Assembly (NCBI RefSeq): GCF_006345805.1
Contig: NC_042999.1
Coordinates: 98,332,001-98,396,000, forward strand
DNA length: 64,000 bases
Source of the DNA: Octopus sinensis
Taxonomy: Eukaryota
Direction of reading: 5' to 3'
Shown here: piece by piece, positions 22,601 to 36,800 of the stretch
Layout: every line of letters begins with the position of its first letter
Position numbering within the stretch: the first letter of the stretch is position 1
Notes under the pieces: model-generated
What the model saw: only the letters and a program-made list of their open reading frames with translations
Told to the model about the DNA's origin: nothing
The model's database searches: none
Program-made: the position numbers and the translations under genes

Positions 22601-25600
22601 CATTTCCTCCTGGAAATAACCACCAAGGGAAATAACCCATTCATTTTCAATATGCTTATTTCTTAGTATTTGAACTATTTTAGTTATTTTATCAATTTAT
22701 CCAATACAACGCTTATACAAGTAAATAGTATTCTCCTAAACAATAGATTCATTTATTTTGGTTAGTGACTTATTCGCGCTGTTGAGGGTAATATGCTCTG
22801 GGAACGCACAAAAGCTTTTTTTCACAGTTAATTACTTTGATTTGTTATTATCTTATATCTGATTAGCCTGTTATTACATAACAGTTCATGATTTTAGTAT
22901 ATATACCTTATTAGTATTTCCTCCTAAAATCTATATGTTCTGGGAATGTAGTAAAGCCCTTTTCGGGGCTATTTTATTTGAATTCTTACTATAGGGTAAT
23001 CAATTTCATGTAATTACATAACTAACTTCACAATTTGGGTATTCATAACTTACTGGGAATTCCTAAAAACAAGATCCTTTGTAAGGCGGTTCTGTATTTT
23101 CAATAAATACGCAAAAACCATTTTAAGGGCTACATAATTTGTGTTGTTGTTACTGGATTAGCGAAACAATTATGAGAACGGAACCAAGGGATAAGCCTGC
23201 TTTCCCAGGAATTATCGGGTATGTCATCTACTATATATATATATATATACATATATGCTTATTATAGCCTCAGGCCAACCAAAACCTTGTGAGTAGATTT
23301 CATAGTTGGAGACTGAAAGAAGACTGTTGTATATATGTCTATATTTGTGTATGTGTGTGCATATGTCTTGTGTTTGTACCCCCACCATTGCTTGACAACT
23401 GATGTTGCTGTGTTTACATTCCCGTAACTTAGCAGATTGGCAAAAGACACTGATAGCATGAGTACTAGGCTTACAAAGAATAAATCCTGTGGATGATTTC
23501 TTCAGCCAACAGCAGTGCTCCAGCATGGGTGCAGTCACATAAAAGAAACAAGTAAAACAATAAATATCTATGCCATTTTAATCCTGAGCAAGGCTGGGTA
23601 TCTCTGCTAGTTCTTTATAAATATGTAAATTTATTTCACCAATGTTTATTGCATTGTTATAGTAGTATCAGAGTTTAAAAATACAGTGATAATTTAGCTC
23701 TTAAATAATGTGGATAATTTTTATGATACTTATATATCAGTTCAGTGCATAGAAATATTGATTCTGTGTCATAGTTGATTGATGTATGATACTTGAAGTA
23801 ATACATGGTATTGTTGAAATCAATGTATGATACTGTTCAAAGTCTATGATTTAGTTTAAAACAGTATCTGATATAGTTGTATATATCACGCGTATTTGTA
23901 TGATATAGTTCAAACAAACATATATAGGTCATAACAATGTATGGTAGAATTCAAAGCAAGGATTTGTATTGTTCAAATCTGTTTTCACATTGTGAAATGA
24001 AACATAATTTCAAACTTTTAGTACTAAACCACAAATTTTGAAAAATTGTTTCCAGTAATAAAAAAAGTGCTTCCAGTACTTGACTGGGTCTCAGTGGGAG
24101 TTGGCTCGATGTAGGGGAATGTAATTAAATACTCTAGGATATTTTGTTGAATACTCTATCAATTCTACCAACTACAGTAGTATATGTTTTATGATGTAGC
24201 CATAAAATATACAATACTGTAAGGGCAGCTCTTACAGTTAGCTGCTGTAGCTTGAAATTTCTTTTTCTGCTATTTTTATTTGTATTTAAATGATTTCATT
24301 ACTTTTGTTGATGAAAACATTTAAAAATTCTATTGATTTTTAATTGCTTTAGAGATAACTCCTCCTGAAATTGGTCAAAGCGGCATCTCAGGGAAAGGTA
24401 AAAATATTACAACCAAGCACGATGCTGTGATTTGTGGGCGGAAAAATGCATCAAAACTTATTGAGGTGAGATATTACTTTTCAGTTCTGAGATAATTCTT
24501 AATTGATTATGTTCCTAACCCTGACGAACAACGGGGTTCTTGCTGCCCATTTGATAACATGATGCTAGCGACTATCTCTAATTTTGTAATACAAATCTTT
24601 GTTTTAAACTTTACATATTTAAATCTAAGCCATCCATTATTCTTTTATATAAGAATCTTATATAAGTTATATTTCAAACACTATCTTAATAATTAAAATT
24701 AATCAGCTAAATGCTTCAAACAGTTTATTATTTTCAAAATTGTAGGAAATGTATTTAATTAGAATTGTTATTACCCACATATTTTCAAGGATATCATTTA
24801 ATATATTGTCTTCAACATAGCTTGTATGTTCTGACATTGTTTCTTCTACTTAACAGTACCTTGTTAAATATTGTTTCAGTTTTCTGATAAGTCTGGTGAT
24901 GGTGAAGGTATGAATTTAAAACTGCCAAACGATGTTTACAACCGGTTACGTGTGCACAGTTCTGCCATGAATAAACGTTTCAACAAAGTCCATGAAAAGA
25001 AAGAACATTCTACAGCTGTATGTAGCTTTTTTTTATCATTATTATTAAGGTGGTAAGCTGGCAGGATCGTTAGCATGCCATGCAAAATGCTTAGTGGCAT
25101 TTCATCTGTCCTTATGTTTTGAGTTCAAATTCCACTGAAGAAAGCTTTGCCATTCATCCTTTCAGGGTCGATGAAATAAGCACCAGTTATACTCTGGGGT
25201 TGATGTAATCGACTAGCTCCCTCTCTCCCAAATTTCAAGCCTTGTGCTTATAGTAGAAAGGATTATTATTATTTATTTGAATTTGTCAGTGGAAGATGTT
25301 CGTTAAGGTCAGGAGATTTCAGAACAGTTCATAAGTGTGTATATATATATATAATATAATCATTTAGCATCTGTTATCCATGTTGGCATTGGTTGGAAGG
25401 TTTGACCAAGCTTAGTAAGCTGAGAGGTTGCACCAGTTTGATTTGGCATGGTTTCTATGGCTGGATGCCCTTCCTAATGCCAACCACTCTGAGAGTGTAA
25501 TTGATGCTTTTATATGCTACTGGCACGAGTGCCAGTTGTGTTACACCAGTATCTGCCACAACTATGATTTCACTTGGCTTGATGGGTCTTCTTCTCAAGC

Positions 25601-28600
25601 ACAGCATATTGCCAAATATCTTGGACGAGGCCCAGCACTTGAAAGCTGCTGTTTACATGCCACCAGCATGGATACAAGTTATGCAACACTGGCATCAGCC
25701 ACTTTGCTTCTGGGAGGCTCAATGTTTGAAAGGTGCTTTTTACATCACCCAGCATGGGTACCAGTTATGTGACACTAACAATGGCCACAACTATCATTTC
25801 ACTTAGATTGATGGGTCTTCTCAAGCACAGCATATCTCCAAAGGTCTCAGTCACTAGTCATTGCCTCTGAAACCAGTCAAGTCAATAAACATCTTTAAAA
25901 GACCTCTGCATTTTCAAACCCTCTTTCCTATATATATATATATATATTTACTTTTTGTAAAATATATAGAAAGAAATGCAATTTTCAAAGGCAAATTCAC
26001 CTCAAAACCTGATACTCATTAACAGTGTTAGTCAAAATTCTTATAAAGTAAAACAAATGCTTCCTTACTGAAGATTCTTATGTAGGAACACAAGAGAAGG
26101 AGAGTAACTTATTCCTGCTTTTCAAACAAAAAAAGGCCTTTTCAAATGCCTTCAGTAGAACTTTAAAAGAAAACTGGGTTGATGTATAGAAGGATGTGAT
26201 TCCATCAACCACAACAATATATGACAATATCTGCTTGGTTTTCAAGATTGAGGATGAAACAAGACAATAAGCTCTTTGGTCTGCCTGGCAAGCTGCCCAT
26301 AAGTTCATTATGATAATACACAGGGCAACACAACATATGGGTAAATAGTCAAGGTAATTAATAGTGACATTGTCTGTCTAGTTCAAAGTGATATTGATAG
26401 CATGAGTGCAGAGGTCAAGAGAAGTATGAAATCAGTATGAACTTAGAAGTTCAAATGACTACCCCTGTCACCATTACAAAAAAAAAACAAAAAAACACGG
26501 GACCACTCTGGAGCTGAGTCCTACTATGGATACAAAAACAATACTAGTGGTGCAGAGCAGAAAGCCAAGCTGTTACACTTGTGGTTGTAAGAACCACTTG
26601 AAGCATCTGCAAAGAAATTTGGATGATAAGCAGGTATGCTGCTCTTTGAATGTTCCTTTCCAACAGCTTGTCTCTCTGATGAAACTAGTCTTGAATTGTG
26701 TAAACTCCAAGCCTGGCATCTGGCATCAGGAATGCTGTCAAGTGTTTATCACTGTTTATCAAGTTGAGCAATGTGGCCAGTAGAACTTTCCTCATTAGCA
26801 CTCTCCAGAGAATTAGTAGTGGGGAAAAGCAGTAATGTTTTCAAGGAAATTGTGAATCAATTAGCTGATCTGTTCAGGACTTCCATGCTAAAATTATGGA
26901 TAACTTTCAGATATTCTTATCTTGGAAATGCTACCACAAGTGGTGGTAGTGGTGGTGAAAAATTACTGGTTTGAGATAAATTTTACAAACATGAATTTTC
27001 TGTGAATTTGGCCTGTTTGAATTGTGCGCAGAATGGGTTCATTAAAACCCATTCTGCATGCACTCATTCAGCTTCTGAGATTGCTGAGTTGTGGAATTTT
27101 ATTGAACAACAATTGGCTCAGTTGATTTGGTCATCAACTAAATCTGTCCTGAAGATCACCTTGCTGTCTTCCTCTGGCTGTGAATGGCAAGTGGTTGTCT
27201 GGTGCCTATGGTAAAAGAGGCTTTGTTGTGAACATGACTGGAAACACTGAGGATTCTTTGGCTAAGCAAGTTCCACTTGCTCTCCAGTAAATTTGCTGAA
27301 AGTTGTGTGAGGGTAATGACCTGGCTAGATAAACTAACACTCAGCATTTGTGTGTTGGCTGGAAAATGACAACTTGAAGAGAGCACTTATCCTTGGTAAT
27401 CAATGTAATCCTGAACTGAGGGACCTTGATTTTCCCTACATAGTGATGCTCTTCTTTGAGCATTAACGTACACCTGCAACATTGTATGCTATTACTTTCA
27501 GTTTATTTCACCCAGTTTCAGTGTAAACCTCCACATTTTTGTAAACTGTCCTTGTAATGTTCATTCATCTGTCATATAGTGGTGATAAAAGAACTGATTA
27601 TTCTTGTGGCAAGAACAGTTTGTTGGTAGATTTGTGTTTTGAACAAAGTGCCTTGCAGTATTTAGTTATAGCCCTTTGCATTCTGAAGTTAACTTAACCT
27701 TTCATTATTTATATAAAATATTGAGCAATGAAGCTCTGGGGTCACTGAAAATGAGTGTTCTCTCCCTACCAAAATTTCTAGCCTTGTACCTATATAAGAA
27801 ATTGTTAGGGTAGTATTAAGAAAGTGCAAAACTAAATACCTAATGGTATTTAATTCTATCATTTTGCATTCTGAGTTTATATTCTATGGAGACTGACTAA
27901 CTTTCATATTTCTGGGGTTAATAAAGTACTAGTCATTTTCTGAGTTTACTTTACAGCCCTGTAAATTGTTGCCTTGTGGCATATATTTGCCATTATTATT
28001 AGTTGTATTTCTATTTCTAAATTTCAGATAGAAGCTATTGATCATGATACACATCTCATTCTTTTCCAAATGATTAACAATGGCATTTTTGAGAAAAATC
28101 TAGGAATTGTCTCTACTGGTAAAGAATCTATTGTTTTGTATTGTGATGCTGGAGAAAATCTGGCTTCATATATGGAAACCAAGTTCACAAAAGAGAATAA
28201 TTTACCAATGTCTGGGTTAGTGACTCTTTGCTTTTTTTCCTGATACTGGCAAAATTACATTCATTTTTGTGTTTTTTGTGTAGTTGTTGTTTATCCCCAG
28301 GTCAATTCTGATTGAAGGGACCTCTGATCTAAGGCATTTTAGTTGTGAACATCCTGTCTTATAGATCTATCTAATGTGTCATTTCCTCTATTGATGATAG
28401 TGGGGCATAATTTGAAGATTTGATTTCCAGTCAATTGAGTGACCTTGTGAAAGCTCCTTTATTCCTTTACAAATATTGGGTTCTGATTTTATATATGTAG
28501 ATGGTACTGGTCTTTTTATTGTATGTTGAATAGACCATGTGCCCAGAGCCCGAGGATTGCTTGGAGGCACAAGGTATGTTATTAAAACCTACCAAGACCC

Positions 28601-31600
28601 ATGTATCCACTGCAAGAAATTTTCAGTAAACTATATATTTTCTGAGGTTAATAAAGCACTAATCATATCTTGAGTCAATTGTATGACATTCCAAAATTGT
28701 TGTCTTGTGACATATATGTAATTTTACTTTCTGCAATTTTTCACTTAACATATAATTCTCGGTTTGAAATGTTCACTATAGCTACTCTAGTGAGCCAACA
28801 GCCCATTAGTGTCTAGGTTAGTGAAGCTGTTGTAATGGTTGAATATTTTGTTGGTATGTAGCTTAAAATAGTTATTATCCAGTGATATCTTGTTAACATG
28901 TAGTTTAATGTAGCTGTTAGTGGGTATTTATGTTGGTGTTGCTATTGTAGTGGGTGTCATCTTGTTAGATTGGAGGTGGTGCTATATTTTGTGTTGTGAA
29001 TCTGTAGTAGGTTTTGTAGCACTTTTGTGTAACCCAGTGAAGCAGCATGTTGAGAGAGAGATATAGATGGGTAGATTTGTTTAGAAAAATAAGATATATA
29101 ATTATATTTATCAGGAATAATCTTCAAAAGTTGCACATCATCAATGGCGGTGCTCCAGCATGGTTACAGTCAAATGACTGAAACAAGTAAAAGAGTATCT
29201 CCAAGAATATTTTATTGCTTAATCAGGGAGGGAAGGGCAGTGTTTGTTTTTTTTCTTTTTCTAATCTTTTTCTTCTTCTCTGAGACTGTTGGACAGAAGG
29301 GAAGAAGTTATGTTCAACTCAGAACCCAGTTCAAATGCTTGCATTTGTGTGATTCCACTAAAGGCACCTGAGAACCAATACCAGGTGTTAAACCAGGCGA
29401 TTACTCTTTTTACTCTTCACTCTTTTACTTGTTTCAGTCATTTGACTGTGGTCATGCTGGAGCACCACCTTTAGTCGAGCAAATCGACCCCAGGACTTAT
29501 TCTTTGTAAGCCTAGTACTTATTCTAGTGAATGTTGTCAAGTGATGTTGGGGGGGGGACACATAAACATACACACACACATATGTATACAATGGGCTTCT
29601 TTCAGTTTCCGACTACCAAATCCACTTTCAAGGCTTTGGTCGGCTCGAGGTTATATTAGAAGACACTTGCCCAAGGTGCCACGCAGTGGGACTGAACCCG
29701 GAACCATGTGGTTCGTAAGCAAGCTACTTACCACACAGCCACTCCTACACCTATTGTTCATGTTTACTAACCAAGTGGGCCACAGTGAGATTTGAATTCA
29801 AAGTTAGTTTTAATTTAGTTTTTAAAATAGATCACTAGTGAAAGGGTCACTCAAAAGCTCAAATATGACCACCACTGAAGTCAACTCTCTCTCGGTTGTG
29901 CTTTTTATCATGCTTTGTGATATATGTTTTGAACGTTGTGTTTATGACATTTAGCATTGACCAGTTTAAACTATGCCTACTACATATGTAGTAGGCATAG
30001 TTAAGTAGGTTAAGTTTGTTTTGCAACTACTTGGTTTAGAGTTCTTTTGCACTCTATGGCACCTTGAGCAAATTATCTTCTACTATAGCCTTAAGCAGAG
30101 AAATATCTTAAAAGTGAAATTTGTTCAGTTTCCACCTAAAGTTTTATAAAAGCCCCATTATATTTATATATGTGCATGTATGTCAGTGTGTGTGTTCAAA
30201 TGTTGCTTATCATCATTCTGATAGTGTTTGAGCAAAAACGGTGACCCTTATTTACATCAGTTAGAAGCTGTACACCTTGTAACTTGGCTGTTTCGATTTT
30301 TGAAGACCAGTGAGATGAAAATACCTTTCTTTGAAAACAAGTAAAAATTAGCAAGGGGACAAGCATCTAGCTGTAGAATACTGTCTTCATAAGTCTCATT
30401 CAACCTATGTAGCTTGCCAAGGCTGACATAAAAAACAATGATTATGATGATATTATTTTTAGCTACAGGTATAATTGTTAGTCATAAGTATAAACGCTTT
30501 GTGATGAAATTGTGAGACTGCTGCTTGTTGGAGGTTATTCAACACTGTGAAAGGTCATCTTTGTTGGAACTTGGTGATAGTTTTAATGCTGATTGAATTT
30601 GTGCAAAATAAATATTGTTTTAATAAAAAAAAGTTAAATGTTCTTTTGTAAAGTTTTAAACATATAAATTTATGATTTGCTTCTCTAGAGATTCAGAGAC
30701 GTGCCCTAAGGTGTGTGCCATTAAAGTATTTAAAACCTCATTAAGTAAATTCAAAAACCGAAAGGAATACTTTGTTGGTGACAGTCGGTTTAAGGAAAAA
30801 GCTATGCGAAGACAGAATCCACGTAAAGTGATAAGAAATTGGTCGAAAAAGGAAGCTGCTAACTTACACAGGTATCATTGATTCTATATCTTTTTTTATA
30901 ACACTCATACTTTACCAAAGTTAAAGGTGCTTGTTATATAATCCTCTGTTCAAACATCATAACTGTTTTGTGTTGGTAAATTTGATTGTTTGTCAATTTG
31001 AACAGTTAATTTGCTATAAAGGCCATGCAACAGTAAAAACAATTGTTCCAGTAAGTATGCATATGTGCAGATTTGTAAAATCTGTCATGTAGTTGCTATG
31101 GAAAATTGAATGTAAAACTACAATTTTTCCTCTCTGTTGATCTTAATTTGTAATGAAACCTTGTGTGGGTCTTTGCTGGAGTGGTAGAATAGACTAGTAA
31201 AGTTAGGTCTATTTTACTACTCTGGCAAAGATTCACTCAAAGCTGTAGAACAGAACAGTTTTTGTTGGGGCTGTGGGTTGCAAAAGAGTTTGCTGTGGTT
31301 GTGGGATAGAACAGTCTTTATTGTAGTTGTGGGATAGAACAGTCTTTATTGTAGTTGTGGGATAGAACAGCCTTTACTGTGGTTGTGGGATGGAACAGTT
31401 TTTACTGTGGTTGTGGGATGGAGCAGCCTTTACTGTGGTTGTGGGATAGAACAGTCTTTATTGTGGTTGTGGGATGGAACAGGCTTTACTGTGGTTGTGG
31501 GATGGAACAGCCTTTACTGTGGTTGTGGGATGGAACAGTTTTTACTGTGGTTGTGGGATGGAACAGCCTTTACTGTGGTTGTGGGATAGAACAGTCTTTA

Positions 31601-33776
31601 TTGTGGTTGTGGGATAGAACAGGCTTTACTGTGGTTGTGGGATGGAACAGTCTTTACTGTGGTTGTGGGATGGAACAGTTTTTACTGTGGTTGTGGGATG
31701 GAACAGCCTTTACTGTGGTTGTGGGATAGAACAGCCGTTACTGTGGTTGTGGGATAGAACAGGCTTTACTGTGGTTGTGGGATAGAACAGCCGTTACTGT
31801 GGTTGTGGGATAGAACAGGCTTTACTGTGGTTGTGGGATAGAACAGGCTTTACTGTGGTTGTGGGATAGAACAGTCTTTACTGTGGTTGTGGGATAGAAC
31901 AGGCTTTTCTGTGGTTGTGGGATAAAACAGTCTTTACTGTGGTTGTGGGATAGAACAGTCTTTACTGTGGTTGTGGGATAGAACAGTCTTTACTGTGGTT
32001 GTGGGATAGAACAGTCTTTATTGTGGTTGTGGGATAGAACAGTCTTTACTGTGGTTGTGGGATAGAACAGGCTTTTCTGTGGTTGTGGGATAAAACAGTC
32101 TTTACTGTGGTTGTGGGATAGAACAGTCTTTACTGTGGTTGTGGGATAGAACAGTCTTTACTGTGGTTGTGGGATAGAACAGTCTTTATTGTGGTTGTGG
32201 GATAGAACAGTCTTTACTGTGGTTGTGGGATAGAACAGGATTTTCTGTGGTTGTGGGATAGAACAGTCTTTACTGTGGTTGTGGGATAGAACATCCTTTA
32301 CTGTGGTTGTGGGATAGAACAGCCTTTACTGTGGTTGTGGGAGAGAACAGCCTTTACTGTGGTTGTGGGATAGAACAGCCTTTACTGTGGTTGTGGGATA
32401 GAACAGCCTTTACTGTGGTTGTGGGATAGAACAGCCTTTACTGTGGTTGTGGGAGAGAACAGCCTTTACTGTGGTTGTGGGAGAGAACAGCCTTTACTGT
32501 GGTTGTGAGATAGAACAGCCTTTATTGTGGTTGTGGGATAGAAGTCTTTGTTTGGGTTGAATGAAAAAAAAGTGCTTACTAATGAAATGATGCTCTTTGA
32601 ATATGTTTTTTTTCTGTATCAAAACCAATGAGGTTGATGGGTGTTTGTTGAGTCTACGCCCTTCTGACAGTCATTATTAGAAAGTTGAAAATACCTTTGG
32701 TTTTTCTCTTCAGATTAAGACGCTTTGGTATTCCATGTCCCACACTAATTAGTTTGAAAAATCATGTCTTAGTCATGTCTTTTATTGGTCATGATCACCA
32801 AGCTGCACCAAAACTAAGAGATGCAAACTTCACTACAGAGGAATTGAAAAGTGCTTTTCAACAAACATGTAAGGTATGGTTGTATGTTTATTCTAGATTG
32901 TTTTGATGCTGCTATTAATTTGTTTCATTAATTAAAACAGTAAATATGATTTAATTAAGGGTAACTGAATTGCAGTGAATATGTAGTATACACAGCTCAA
33001 GCAACACTGCACAGGTTCTAACATAGCACTGTTTGTGAATTACTTCACCATGGTTAACAGTGAATATACAACCTGCGAGAACTCCTGTACCAAGTGACCT
33101 AGGCAGCAGCATTACAGCCACAACTTCGTACGACATGTACCGAACAGACACTGCATCATCCCCACAACTTCTTGATACAGTATTTCTATTACCATGTACA
33201 ATTAACTACGAACTGGTATTTCTTATTCTTGTGTCTATGAACATTTGTCTAACTTTTCACTACAGACTCCTTGACTTTCTCCTTCATTGTTTTTCTTATA
33301 TGTAGCACATGCTTACATCCATGCCCATACACACATACACTTTGTTCTCATGATGACCTTTCTACTATTCTGTATACATTATGCAAACACAGATACACAT
33401 GTTAAGCTATCAATAAATCATCTCTCAAACATTCTACTCGGTTGTGTTTCTCTCTTTCCAACTGGCACATTACATGTATTATTCCAGTTGTCTGAACGGA
33501 GTCGTTATTAGATGGTTTCTGCACTTCACTGCGACCATCGAAAAATACATTGCAGTTGTTAGTGGAAGTGAGGCCCATGTTCTAGATAAACCACAAACCT
33601 ACTTAATCATCACTCTTTTTACCCCATTTATTAAAATCACAACATTGACAAAAGTCATTCAAGAAATTTGTAACTCTATTTGCGAAAAATGAAATTTCTT
33701 TCTTGCCAACCCAATAAGTTGTAACAAGCTAGAATTGCTCAGAGAACTTGGTCTACACACTATGAAGACATGGTTT

Positions 33777-33829
<53 letters not shown>

Positions 33830-36800
33830 ACGGAAGGCTAAAAAGTTTCAACATCACCTATAGGAATCAAGCCTTGTGTTTACTGTAAATTGTATAGCCA
33901 TGTTGATCTATTAACATCCACTTTCCATGTTGTCATGGGTTAGACGGTTTGACTGGAACTGGTAAGCTGGAGGGCTCCATCAGGTTCCAATCTGATTTGG
34001 CACAGTTTCTATGGCTGGATGCCCTTCGTAATGCCAACCACTCCAAGAGTGCAGTGGGTGCTTTTTACATGCCAGTGGCACAGGTGCCATTTACATGACA
34101 TCGGCAACAGCCATGACTATGATTTCATGGGTGCCATATCTTCAATTATGAATGTTATATTTAAAAACTGTCTGTAGTAAAATGAGTCTTGTAAGATGAA
34201 GTTGATAACTTAAGTGTGATTTCTTCAGTGAAATATTACTTTGCTTCTCTCTTTTCTTAGATCTTGAGAGATATGTATCACAAGTGTAATTTAGTCCATG
34301 CTGATCTCAGTGAATATAATTTGTTGTGGCATGACAACATTGTGTGGGTAATAGACGTTAGCCAGTCTGTTGAGCTCAGCCATCCTTCAGCAATGGAATT
34401 TCTTCTGCGAGATTGTTTCAACGTTTGTAAAGTAAGTATAGGATTTTATCTGCTTGAATTTTGCTTATCTTACAGTGGATATCATGCAGCAAATGAACCA
34501 AACATTTAATAAAGTTGACAAATTTAAGCAAGTGTGTATGATGTAGGGAAAATGTGTATATGGAATTTGTAAAGTACATGGTGCTGTCTCAACTGTTATG
34601 ATACCAGTTCATTGGAGACTGCCCTTCGTTCTAAATTTTTTGTTTCAAAGTGATTTAAATTAAATTTCCTGGAAAGTTGTTTTAAATACCAGATAATTAA
34701 TAACAAAATTCTTCATTATTTAAAAAAATTTATTGAAGCAAAAGCAGTGTATTTCAAAAGAGAAAAAATAACAACAATAGAAAAAGGGCCAAACAGTTCT
34801 CCCTGGTAAAAGGCTTTGCTTTAAACACTAATATTCTAATCTCCCAAATAGCATCTAAACTTGTAGACAGTTCCTAACTTCAGTAAATGATTTTTGCCAA
34901 TGCACCTTATTGTAAGTTTCCTCAAATTTATTCAAACTGCACTACTTCTTAGATTTTCCATTCTACTCTATAAATATCTACAGATGTGATGTTATTGTCT
35001 TCAGTCTTTAATATTATTAGTTCCAACATTATTGCAGTGAACTGACAGAATCATTAGCATGTTGGACAAAATGTTCAGTGGTATTTCTTCTGGCATAAAG
35101 AGCCAGAAGAGTTCAAATATTACTGAGGTTGACTTTGGCTTTCATCCTTTCACGGTCAGAAAATTGAATACCAGTTGAAAACTGGGGTCAATGTAATCAA
35201 CAATATTCTTTCCTCTAAAATTGCTGGCCTTGTGCCAAAATTTGGAACCGTTATTAGTTTAACATTGAAGATAATGAGCTGGTAGAATTGTTAGCATGCC
35301 ACTCAAAATGCTTAGCAGCATTCCTTCTGGTTTTATGTTCTGAGTTCAAGTTCTGCTGAGATCAGCTCTACGTTCCATATTTTTGGAGTTGATAAAATAA
35401 GTCCCAGCTGAGAAATTTCAGGCCTTGTGCCTATAGTAGAAAAGATTATTAGTTCCATTTATTGACAATATGAAGTTGACATTTGACTCCCAAGTAGGTA
35501 GTGTCATCATCATTGTCATTTAATGTCTGTTTTCCTTGCTAGGTTGGATGGTTTGACTGAGGTCTGGAAAACCAGCGGCTTCAATCTGATCTGGCAATGT
35601 TTCTACAGCTAGATGCCCTTCCTAATGCCAACCACTCTGAGAATGTATTGGGTACTTTTTATGTGCCACTGGCACAGGAGCCAGTCAGGCAGCCCTGGTA
35701 TCAATCACATTTGGATAGTGCTTTTTATGTGTCACTGGCACGAGAGCCAGTCAAAGGGGCACTGGCATAAAGCATGTTTGGATGGTGCTTTTTATGTTCC
35801 ACTGGCATTGGACATGCTTGGATGGTGGTTTTATGTGCCACCAGCACGAGAGCCAGTCAGGTGGCCCTGGCATCAATCACATTTAGATAGTGCTTTTTAC
35901 ATGCCACCAGCACGGGAGACAGTCAGGGAGCACTGGCATTGGCCATGTTTGATTGATGCTTTTTATGTGCTACTGGCATGGGAGCCAGTCAGGTGGCCCT
36001 GGCATCAAAAAACAAAAATGAATGCAAGCTTCAATAATTTTTCATGAGTTGGCAAAGACGTGCATGATCTACTGCTGTCATGGTGGAACATGGTTCCTTT
36101 ACGATTTGCTAATTCTGGTTATTTTTCTTCCAGTTTCATTAGTTGTTGACAGTAAACATCTCAAATGATCGTTTGGTTCCTTCGAAGCAGCTCAAAATAC
36201 ACAACACCTTTGTAATCCCACCAAATTGACAGTGTGACCTTTTTTTTGATGCAATCCCATGACTAAAGGGGGTCAATCCCGTGACCAAAGGGAGTAAACT
36301 CAGTCCCTTAGCCATGGTTATGTCCTGTAATATAATATTTTTTTATTGTAATGTTGGGTTCTGTGACTAGTGGATTCTCCATAAAAGAAGTTTTTGAAAA
36401 ATTAGCAGTAGCCGTGTTGGAGCTGAGTGGTTTAATTCTTTAGCATTTAGATTTTTTTGTCAAATGTAATTACTTATTAATTCACATTGTTTTGAATTAA
36501 TCACACATTATCTTGTAGCTTCAAGATTTTAATGGTGTGTTTGTTTATTTTTAGACTGACATTGTAGGATAGGTGTGAGAGCTTGGATCTGGTTAGTTTT
36601 AACATAAAACAGGTAGAATATTTGGGATGGATGCGGCCGGATTAAATGCTAAAGAGTTAAGCTACAGGTGAAATTTCTCATCAGTAGTTTTTTGCTGAAC
36701 TTGAAAAATTTTGACATCTTCTAACATTTCTTTTTCAGTTCTTTGAAAGCAATAATGTGCAAGATGTTCCCACTCCTGAAGAACTTTTCAATAGTGTCAC

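Noticed and set aside
24517-24545. CTGACGA inside a small AACCC/GGGTT hairpin
   Set aside because: No downstream GAAA...NUH
31355-31729. Repetitive ORFs and CRISPR-like look of the 28-bp array
   Set aside because: Units are directly adjacent with no unique spacers; period not a multiple of 3; eukaryotic intron; no cas genes
33480-33720. Possible mariner-type end (TTCTTGCCAACCCAATA) and a fragment at 36030-36240
   Set aside because: No matching second TIR or readable transposase frame; too weak to annotate
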